Assembly (NCBI GenBank): GCA_016293205.1
Contig: JAEDES010000001.1
Location: 27,447 to 91,446 of the forward strand
Length of the DNA: 64,000 bases
Source: Bacilli bacterium
GTDB taxonomy: Bacteria > Bacillota_I > Bacilli_A > RF39 > UBA660
Direction of reading: 5' to 3'
In this document: positions 1-7,528 of the stretch, one piece after another
How the letters are laid out: every line of letters starts with the position of its first letter
How positions within the stretch are numbered: the stretch's first letter is position 1
Program-made: the position numbers and the translations under genes
The notes under the pieces: model-generated
Databases searched by the model: none
What the model saw: only the letters and a program-made list of their open reading frames with translations
What the model was told of the DNA's origin: nothing

Positions 1-262
1 TGTAAATATGATTAAATTCTTCTAAATCTCTTTTTACTTTTGGAGTTTCCACTCCTCCATATTTTTTCATTTTTTGATAATCTTCTCTTGTTTTATATTC
101 ACTTGTTGTATTGGTAATGTCAATTGCGTTGGCATTAGTAACGTCAGTGATATTAGCATATCTTGTATTAGTACCGACATTTTGATATAAGTCTTTATTT
201 TTATTAGACCTACTTAATTTTTCAGCAGTATCTTCATCTTTGTATCGATCCATGCGTCGCAT
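1..262 (-). CDS. Hypothetical protein, partial. Start codon at 260-262; the gene continues past the window edge.
   Basis: Minus-strand ORF begins ATG at 260-262 (MRRMDRYKDEDTAEKLSRSNKNK...) behind a GGAAGGTG ribosome-binding site. It stays open to position 1. I recognise no family. Confidence 0.35.
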   Translation of the reverse strand, partial: MRRMDRYKDEDTAEKLSRSNKNKDLYQNVGTNTRYANITDVTNANAIDITNTTSEYKTREDYQKMKKYGGVETPKVKRDLEEFNHIY

Positions 263-381
263 ATTGATCACCTTCCTATATTAATAAGTATATCATATAC
301 ATTATAAAAAGCAAAAGAATTAATTTCTCTTTACGATAAAGTATTTTTTAGTTATAATATTTTTTGTAAGGAGAGATAAAA

Positions 382-594
382 ATGAAAGTAGTTTTAAATA
401 GAGATGCATGTATCGGATGTGGTGCATGTGCAGCTTTATGTGAAGATATTTTTGAAATTGATAATGAAGGGTTATCAAAAGTAAAAAAAGCAGAAGTTAA
501 AGATGAAGAAATCGAATTAACAAGAGATGCTATTGAAAGCTGCCCTACTGGAGCAATTTCTTTAGAAGAGAAAAAAGAAGAAAAGAATGCTTAG
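382..594 (+). CDS. Small single-cluster [4Fe-4S] ferredoxin
   Basis: 70-aa protein with a CIGCGAC...C...CP cysteine pattern (CxxCxxC...CP) and an acidic tail. AAGGAGAG ribosome-binding site about 9 nt upstream. Confidence 0.8.
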   Translation: MKVVLNRDACIGCGACAALCEDIFEIDNEGLSKVKKAEVKDEEIELTRDAIESCPTGAISLEEKKEEKNA

Positions 595-1649
595 TCAGCA
601 TTCTTTTTTATTATTTCTGATTTGTTTTTTATTTTTTGTTTTAATGATTCTTCGGTTTCCATTGATGCATCATATGGTTCTATAAAATATTCTATTAGCT
701 TCATTCTTAGTCGATATGGTAATTTCTTTTTAGAAGAATTATAAATATCATTATCATGCCATGAACCATATTTCTTTGTAATTAATGCTGTTACTAATGT
801 CATTAATTCCTTCTTATCTTTTTTGGGAATATTTGAATATAAAATATCTCTTAATCTTTGCATAGCATTAATCATAGCAACATATTCTAATTGTTCTTTT
901 ATTGTATCAGGTGTTCTTTCTGTTATAACAGCTTCTCCTATTAAATCAGAACATTCAAATATATCAAGTATTTTTGAATTAAAAGTTGTAAAATCAGATA
1001 CAGTAGTTCCTCCTAAATTAATATTATAATTATAGTTTGTATCAGGAACTGAAACAACTTGAGGAGATGTTGCAAGTATTGGAACTGTATATGGATAGTC
1101 TTCCCATTTTAAATTTTCTGGGAATGTTTTTCCTTTTACAAATTCTCTTAAAAATAATTTATTTGTACAACCTGGAGTTTCTTCTACGAGAAGGTCTGAT
1201 TCTTCAGGGATTATTACTTCATATCCTTTCATTTGTTTGACACGTGATAAGAATGAAACATCTATTCCTTCTGTTACTAGTTTTCTATTCACTCTAGCGA
1301 CTGGAGATTGTGTTTCTTCACAAGCGATATACATTTTTTCTAACATATCTAAATCTAAGTAGTCATCACTATCTACAAAACTTATATATTTACCTTTAGC
1401 ATTTTGTAGACCTATATTTCTTGCTAATGCTACTCCTCCATTTTTAGCTAAACAAATCAAACTAATATTGGGATATCTTTTAGCATATTCAATTTCTATA
1501 TCTACTGAACCATCTGTTGATTTATCATCTACAATGATTATTTCTGTATCATCTAAAGTTTGATTTACAACAGACTCTAAACATTTGGATAAATATTTCT
1601 TAGTATTATATACTGGAATAATAATTGATACTTTTGGTTGTTTTTCCAT
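591..1649 (-). CDS. Family 2 glycosyltransferase (GT-A fold)
   Basis: N-terminal SIIIPVYN...IIIVDDKSTDGS...FVDSDD motif set (the DxD motif) typical of GT2 enzymes. Confidence 0.75.
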   Translation of the reverse strand: MEKQPKVSIIIPVYNTKKYLSKCLESVVNQTLDDTEIIIVDDKSTDGSVDIEIEYAKRYPNISLICLAKNGGVALARNIGLQNAKGKYISFVDSDDYLDLDMLEKMYIACEETQSPVARVNRKLVTEGIDVSFLSRVKQMKGYEVIIPEESDLLVEETPGCTNKLFLREFVKGKTFPENLKWEDYPYTVPILATSPQVVSVPDTNYNYNINLGGTTVSDFTTFNSKILDIFECSDLIGEAVITERTPDTIKEQLEYVAMINAMQRLRDILYSNIPKKDKKELMTLVTALITKKYGSWHDNDIYNSSKKKLPYRLRMKLIEYFIEPYDASMETEESLKQKIKNKSEIIKKNAD

Positions 1650-1724
1650 AATACCACGCCTTTCAAAGTGTTAATATTGTACTATATTTTTTATCTATAG
1701 ACAAGAAAAGAAGTCATTGACTTC

Positions 1725-2447
1725 TTATTTTTGTAATCCATAGACTTTTGCAACTTCTTTTGGAGTTAATTTTCTAAATTCTCCTGATTGTAAGTCTTTT
1801 AAATCAAAGAATGCTTCTTTTTCTCTTTTTAACTTTAATACTTCAAAACCAACTGATTCAAACATTCTTTTTACTTGATGATTCTTTCCTTCATGGATTG
1901 TTATTTGAACCATACATGTATTGGTTTTTGGATCTACTTTTTTTAGTTTAACACGAGATGGTTTTACTACTTGATCATCTAATTTTACTCCATCTTTTAA
2001 AGCATTAATTTGTTCACCTTTAATAATTCCTTTAAGTTTAGCCATATATACTTTTTCTACTTCACTTGCTGGATGCATTAAGATATTTGCAAAATCTCCA
2101 TCATTTGTTAATAATAAAACTCCTGTTGTATCATAGTCTAATCTACCTACTGGATAAATTCTTGCATTAGTTGGAATTAAATCTACAACTGTTTTTCTTC
2201 CTTTATCATCAGATGTAGTTGTAACTACTCCACGAGGTTTATTTAATAAATAATATTCTTTTACTTCTTTTGCTATTAATACATTTTCTACTTCAATTCT
2301 ATCTTTATCTGTAACCTTTGTTCCTAACTCAGTTACTACTTCTCCATTTACTTTAACTTTTCCTGCTGTAATTAACTCTTCTGCTTTACGTCTTGATGTA
2401 ACTCCGGAAGATGCTATTACTTTTTGTAATCTTTCCATCCTTTTCAC
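1725..2447 (-). CDS. rluB: 23S rRNA pseudouridine synthase of the RluB/RsuA family (S4 domain plus PsuS catalytic domain)
   Basis: N-terminal S4 RNA-binding motif (RLQKVIASSGVTSRRKAEELI) followed by GRLDYDTTGVLLLTNDG, which contains the catalytic Asp. Confidence 0.8.
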   Translation of the reverse strand: MKRMERLQKVIASSGVTSRRKAEELITAGKVKVNGEVVTELGTKVTDKDRIEVENVLIAKEVKEYYLLNKPRGVVTTTSDDKGRKTVVDLIPTNARIYPVGRLDYDTTGVLLLTNDGDFANILMHPASEVEKVYMAKLKGIIKGEQINALKDGVKLDDQVVKPSRVKLKKVDPKTNTCMVQITIHEGKNHQVKRMFESVGFEVLKLKREKEAFFDLKDLQSGEFRKLTPKEVAKVYGLQK

Positions 2448-2465
2448 CTCTAATTTTATTTTACA

Positions 2466-3254
2466 CTATTTTCTTAGATAATCAATAAGATATCCTCCAT
2501 CATAATAGTCAGTTGCTCTCTTCATTTTACGTAGTGTTTTAGCAAACTCTTTAGTTGCATTTTCTCCTGGTTTAAGTTGTTTTAATTTTTCTATTACATT
2601 GCGATAATCTAGATTTGGATAAAATAATTGTTGTAGAGTTAATATATTAAACATATATTCATCTGCTCCTGTTGATATATATCCATTCTCATCAACAAAA
2701 TTTGATATTGAGTAATTCACTAAATCTATTTTACATGATCCAATTTGAATATTATCTAAATCACAAAAGCAGATTACTCCATGTTCATTATTCCATAAAA
2801 TATTACTCTCTTTTATATCACCATAGATTATTCCATGATGATGAAAGTCTTCTAATCTTCTTTTTAATTGTTTTAAATATTCAACTTTTTCCTCTACTGT
2901 TACAAATGGATTTGTATCTAGAGGATAAAGAGGTACTGGTGAAGTCATTTCATACCCAACAAATTTTTTCTGAGCATTTGTTATTGTTGCTGATACTTGT
3001 AATTCATTTTTTAGAGTTTCCATTGTACCTAATCTTATTATTTTACTTTGTTTATTTCTTCTAATTTGTTCAATATCTTCTGGAGATTTATCCATATCTT
3101 CTTTTACTTCTGATAATAGTATTTTTTTTACAACTCTTCTATTTGGTTCTTTGATAATTATGCCTTCTGCTCCACTTACATACGATGATGAATTCTTTTT
3201 AATATTTTCTAATTCTTCTGGAGTTAAAATGATATTTGGTAAAGTTTTTGACAT
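2466..3254 (-). CDS. Atypical protein-kinase-like (PKL fold) protein
   Basis: Catalytic-loop-like HGIIYGDIKESNILW followed by CDLDN, analogous to HRDLKxxN...DFG. No canonical glycine loop. Function unknown. Confidence 0.4.
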   Translation of the reverse strand: MSKTLPNIILTPEELENIKKNSSSYVSGAEGIIIKEPNRRVVKKILLSEVKEDMDKSPEDIEQIRRNKQSKIIRLGTMETLKNELQVSATITNAQKKFVGYEMTSPVPLYPLDTNPFVTVEEKVEYLKQLKRRLEDFHHHGIIYGDIKESNILWNNEHGVICFCDLDNIQIGSCKIDLVNYSISNFVDENGYISTGADEYMFNILTLQQLFYPNLDYRNVIEKLKQLKPGENATKEFAKTLRKMKRATDYYDGGYLIDYLRK

Positions 3255-3320
3255 ATTATCACCACCTGGGTTCTAATTATACCAAAAATGTATTATTTTG
3301 GCAAATTAAAAAGACTATTT

Positions 3321-4430
3321 CTAGTCTTCATAATTTAATTGTTTTAGTTCATCTAGAACGAATTTTCCATCTTTTCTGATTAGAACATCATCAAAATAGA
3401 TTTCTCCTCCACCAAACTCTTCTCTTTGAATTAAAACCATATCCCAGTGAATACTTGATACATTTCCATTATCACAGTCAGCATAACATCTTCCTGGTGT
3501 GAAATGTAGGCTTCCTAAGATTTTTTCATCATATAAGATATCTCCCATTGGATATAGAATTTTTGGATTTACTCCTAGAGAGAATTCTCCAACGTATCTT
3601 GCACCTTCATCTGTATCAAAAATTTCATTTAATTTTTCATCATCTTCATCACATGTTGCTTTAATAATCTTACCATTTTCAAATGTTAGAGATACATGAT
3701 TATATACATTTCCTTGATATGGACTTGGTGTATTATAAGTAATTACTCCATTTACACTATCTTTTACTGGTGCAGAATAAATTTCTCCATCTGGAATATT
3801 TTTTTCTCCAGTACATGGAATGGCACTTAGTCCTTTAATTGAGAATGTAATATCTGTATTAGGAGCGACAATTCTAACTTTATCAGTTCTTTCCATTAAC
3901 TCTTTTAATGGTTTAATATCTTCACTCATTTTTTGATAATCTACTGTCATTACATCTAGTGCAAATTCATTAAACTTTTCTGTAGTCATTTTAGCTTTAT
4001 AAGCATCTAAATCAGTTGGATAGTTTAATAATACCCATTCTCTTTCATTAATTCTTACATCATCAATATCTTGAGTCATGGCACCATATTTTCTTGTCAT
4101 TTCTTTTGGTACATCCATACTTTCATAATCATTAAATCCTGTGCGAATCATTACAAATGCATCAAAATTGTTTACATCAAATTCTTTTTTCTTCTTTAAT
4201 AGTTCTAATCTAGCATCAGTATTATGTTCTGCAAGACGAGCATTTAGTTTTGGTACATATGGATCTAATACCATTACTGCTCCAACTTTTTGAGCTTCTT
4301 TAATTAATTGTTCTACTAAAGGAGTTGCTTCAGTTGTAAAAGTTACTTGAACTCTTGAATTTTCTTTTAGTTTTAATGAATAATTAACAATTGTATTTGC
4401 TAATTCATTTAATTTCTTTGTATTCATCAT
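3321..4430 (-). CDS. M29-family aminopeptidase (AmpS/PepS-like)
   Basis: 369 aa. The N-terminal region (NELANTIVNYSLKLKENSRVQV...) and overall length and composition match thermophilic metalloprotease M29 aminopeptidases. Confidence 0.65.
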   Translation of the reverse strand: MMNTKKLNELANTIVNYSLKLKENSRVQVTFTTEATPLVEQLIKEAQKVGAVMVLDPYVPKLNARLAEHNTDARLELLKKKKEFDVNNFDAFVMIRTGFNDYESMDVPKEMTRKYGAMTQDIDDVRINEREWVLLNYPTDLDAYKAKMTTEKFNEFALDVMTVDYQKMSEDIKPLKELMERTDKVRIVAPNTDITFSIKGLSAIPCTGEKNIPDGEIYSAPVKDSVNGVITYNTPSPYQGNVYNHVSLTFENGKIIKATCDEDDEKLNEIFDTDEGARYVGEFSLGVNPKILYPMGDILYDEKILGSLHFTPGRCYADCDNGNVSSIHWDMVLIQREEFGGGEIYFDDVLIRKDGKFVLDELKQLNYED

Positions 4431-4478
4431 TTCACCATATCCTTCCTTTTACATAAAATACTTTGAAGGAGTGATTTT

Positions 4479-4736
4479 ATGTATTCATATAGGAATATTA
4501 TACCAAATAATTATCAATCTATGTATAGAAATAATCAAACATTATATAATAATGGTGATAGATTCTTTTTAACACCATTCTTAGTAGGTGGAATTGCTGG
4601 TACTGCTTTAGGTTATGGTCTTGCAAATAATAATCAACAAAATAATTTTGGTGGATATTATCCACAACCAATTTATCCTATGCCTATACCTTATCCATGT
4701 TGTGGAAATAATTATCATAATAATTTTTATCGATAA
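4479..4736 (+). CDS. Small Asn/Tyr/Gly/Pro-rich protein with one hydrophobic segment
   Basis: 85-aa low-complexity ORF preceded by a GGAG ribosome-binding site. Its coding status is uncertain. Confidence 0.3.
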   Translation: MYSYRNIIPNNYQSMYRNNQTLYNNGDRFFLTPFLVGGIAGTALGYGLANNNQQNNFGGYYPQPIYPMPIPYPCCGNNYHNNFYR

Positions 4737-4759
4737 AAAAATGACTTTAAAAAGTCATT

Positions 4760-5086
4760 TTATTTAATTTCATCAATATATTTTTTTAGTTGTTTAGACT
4801 CAGAACCTAAAATTATCTTTAATTGATTATCAATTTCAACAATTCCTTTGGCTCCTAGTTTTTGAATACCCTCTTTATTAGCTTTTGTTACATCTTTTAA
4901 TGTTACTTTAAATCTTGATAAATTTGTTTCAGTTGAAATAATGTTATTTCTTCCTCCTAAATATTCTACTAATTTATTAAAATCTAATCCGGCATCTTTT
5001 TTTGTTGCCTTTAGTATTGCTAATAAAACGATAATTAAAACTATGGCTATTACTATATATTTAATATATTCCACTTTCATCACCAA
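4760..5086 (-). CDS. Membrane-anchored PTS EIIB(Glc)-like domain protein with a degenerate active site that lacks the cysteine
   Basis: N-terminal TM helix, then NNIISTETNLSRFKVTLKDV...LGAKGIVEI. This aligns to the EIIB(Glc) motif ENIxNLDACITRLRVxVxD...LGAxGVV, with the phospho-cysteine replaced by Leu/Ser. Confidence 0.5.
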   Translation of the reverse strand: MVMKVEYIKYIVIAIVLIIVLLAILKATKKDAGLDFNKLVEYLGGRNNIISTETNLSRFKVTLKDVTKANKEGIQKLGAKGIVEIDNQLKIILGSESKQLKKYIDEIK

Positions 5087-5141
5087 TACAATTATATAAT
5101 ATTTTAATAAAAAAATAAAGGGGTCTACCTTTATTAGATTT

Positions 5142-5435
5142 TTAGATATCTATATCACTTGATGATTCTATTAATAAGCTGTTAATTGTTCCAGTTATTT
5201 CATCTACTAATCCTGAATCATCAAACTTAATATCAATTATATCTTCATATACCTCTTCTACTTTGTACTCTATCGGTCTATCAATTGAAACAATATTAGA
5301 AATAGATGGTTCTAAATCACGATCTTCAAATTCTTGGCTTTGATATAGTTTTAATGAATCTTCTAAGCAGTTATCATGTTGTTCACTAATTTTAGATAGT
5401 TCATTTATTAGATTATTTAATGGTGCACTATTCAT
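5142..5435 (-). CDS. Small acidic hypothetical protein
   Basis: 97-aa ORF lying downstream of the giant gene in the same orientation. No family recognised. Confidence 0.35.
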   Translation of the reverse strand: MNSAPLNNLINELSKISEQHDNCLEDSLKLYQSQEFEDRDLEPSISNIVSIDRPIEYKVEEVYEDIIDIKFDDSGLVDEITGTINSLLIESSSDIDI

Positions 5436-5444
5436 AATAACCTC

Positions 5445-5876
5445 CTATAGAATTGATATTTGTTCATATATCTTTTTTCGTTTATTTTCTTGTTTTGTTT
5501 TTAAATCTATATGTAAATTTAGAATTTGATCTAATTCATATTCTTTTTGTTCAAAGTCTTTATCTTTTGGATTTGAACGTAGAAGTTTAATTCCTTCATT
5601 TATGTTATATAAAGTTTCATCTAATTCATTTATTCTTATAGTTGTTTTTTCTAACAATTTTTCTAATTCTTTACGTCTTTGATTTTTTGCAAGCTCTATA
5701 ATGTGATTATTTATTTTATTTATTTCTTGCTTTATAGATTTGTTATTAGGATTATTTTTAGAATAATTATTTTCAAAATTTGAAGAATATTTATTTATGA
5801 TTTCAATTACTTGATCTAAATCAAGTAGGTCTTCTAATTTCGTTTTATATGTAATCTTTTCTATCACATTAACCAC
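5445..5876 (-). CDS. Coiled-coil hypothetical protein
   Basis: 143-aa protein rich in K/E/N/L heptad-like sequence. Tightly spaced with its neighbours. Confidence 0.35.
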   Translation of the reverse strand: MVNVIEKITYKTKLEDLLDLDQVIEIINKYSSNFENNYSKNNPNNKSIKQEINKINNHIIELAKNQRRKELEKLLEKTTIRINELDETLYNINEGIKLLRSNPKDKDFEQKEYELDQILNLHIDLKTKQENKRKKIYEQISIL

Positions 5877-5950
5877 CTCGTTATTCTATCTTAATTATAG
5901 ATTATGGCTTTCTTTCAGTCAATAAAAAAAGAGTAATGAAGTTATCTTCT

Positions 5951-7408
5951 TTACTCTTTTTCATAGCATTCATAATAGTTTTTTAAACCCATTATACTAT
6001 GTTGAATATCATCTATTCTCATTCTATTGCTGTCAGTTGGACAGAAAAATCCATATAAAGATCTTTTTGTTTTCTTTGTATAAATTGCTGTTTCTTTACC
6101 TATAAAATAACTCATTAATGTTTTTACATAGAAATTAATATTTGATTCAACTTGTTCAATTGGAAATTCTTCTAATAATTCTTTAAATGAGTTAGATAAT
6201 TTTATTTGATGATAAAATTTGTATAATTGCATATTTCCTTCTAGTCTTGATGGACAAAATCTGTTTTTTTGTTTTTCAGTAACGTTTTTGATGGCAAATT
6301 TAACTATTTTTTCATCTTGAACATATTTTGTTATTTCTGCTAAAGTGTAAGCCATCCAATGATCATTATATTTTTCAAAATTAATACTTATATAATAATC
6401 AAGTGCATCAATTACGCTATCTAGGTATTTTTGTTCTTTTGTTATTGAATACATTTTAATTAGACCTAATGTTGTTTCTCCAACATAGTATTCACAGATA
6501 AATTGATCACTTAGTTCAAAGTTATTGTCATAAAGTTGAAAGTAATGACCATTAGGTTGTTGCATTGATATTATCCCATTTGCAACTTTTTTGGCAAGTT
6601 CCATATATTTATCATTATTAAAATATATTTGATAATCTGCTAATAGAAGCAACATTAGACCACAAGATCCTATACTAAATCCATCTTTTTTATCATTTCT
6701 ATATAAAAATGCTTTATTTCTTTTTTCTATTAGATATTCATCAATAAGATATTGTATCAATTTATTAATTTTAGATTCTACTTCTGGATCGTCAATATAA
6801 TCCTTTGTATTTATTAGTGCCCAGATACTACCAGCATGTCTAAGAACATTGTAATTTGTATATTTTTCACCTGTTAGAGCATTTATTCCATATATAAATT
6901 TTCCTGTTGAATATGTCATATTTAATAATTTTGTTGCTGCTTTTGAAAGAGTATCTGCAATTAACTTATGATTACACCTATTTTGTACGTGAAAACCTTC
7001 GCTAAATTCAAGAGGGATTATAATATTATTTAAGAGCATACTTTTAGTACTAAAAATAATAATTTTATTAAAATTCATTTCTGTCATAATGTTTTTTTCT
7101 TTGAAATATTTATTTATATTTTCAATATCTATAGAATTATTTTCGTAATCTATAATTGAGAATAGCGTTAGTTCTTCACATAATATATAATTTCCATTGA
7201 TTATAAGACCATAAGGAAATTTGTTATTTTTATTTGCATAAATAAGTTTTGATAATTCGTTCATTGATACTTCTTTTAATTCAGTAATGTGATCTATTCT
7301 AACTATTTGTCCTCTATATAGTTCTTTTATTTTTTCTATCGAGTAATTACTTATTTCTTTTATATAATTTCCTTCGATTCTCTTTGTTATTATATTTATT
7401 TCTTGCAT
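5951..7408 (-). CDS. Hypothetical 485-aa protein, possibly with an alpha/alpha-toroid (LanC/AGE-like) fold
   Basis: The ORF runs 5951..7420. The likely start is Met5 (MQEIN), because a GGAGGG ribosome-binding site overlaps the first ATG. Motifs RHAGSIWAL, GSCGLMLLLLADY, QQPNGHY and DHWMAYTLAEI are reminiscent of six-hairpin enzymes. Weak inference. Confidence 0.45.
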   Translation of the reverse strand: MQEINIITKRIEGNYIKEISNYSIEKIKELYRGQIVRIDHITELKEVSMNELSKLIYANKNNKFPYGLIINGNYILCEELTLFSIIDYENNSIDIENINKYFKEKNIMTEMNFNKIIIFSTKSMLLNNIIIPLEFSEGFHVQNRCNHKLIADTLSKAATKLLNMTYSTGKFIYGINALTGEKYTNYNVLRHAGSIWALINTKDYIDDPEVESKINKLIQYLIDEYLIEKRNKAFLYRNDKKDGFSIGSCGLMLLLLADYQIYFNNDKYMELAKKVANGIISMQQPNGHYFQLYDNNFELSDQFICEYYVGETTLGLIKMYSITKEQKYLDSVIDALDYYISINFEKYNDHWMAYTLAEITKYVQDEKIVKFAIKNVTEKQKNRFCPSRLEGNMQLYKFYHQIKLSNSFKELLEEFPIEQVESNINFYVKTLMSYFIGKETAIYTKKTKRSLYGFFCPTDSNRMRIDDIQHSIMGLKNYYECYEKE

Positions 7409-7528
7409 AATACCCTCCATATTCTTTTTTACTCTAATATATTATATCATTATTTGTATTAAGATTTAAATATTTAATAAAAAAGATTTCGTTATTATAA
7501 CGAAATCCTTTTATATATATTTATTTAA

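Noticed and set aside
823-1240. Plus-strand ORFs 823..1029 and 1037..1240. Also 2672..3064, 3499..3699, 16794..17097, 20303..20778, 21313..21507, 22444..22788, 23310..23657, 26831..27040, 29254..29586, 32919..33517, 34556..34771, 43036..44098, 45071..45737, 52325..52510, 53209..53403, 55352..55558, 58715..58966, 59456..59731, 61180..61881 and 11409..12389.
   Set aside because: All lie entirely inside, or antisense to, well-supported genes that carry recognisable domains. They are typical AT-rich shadow ORFs.
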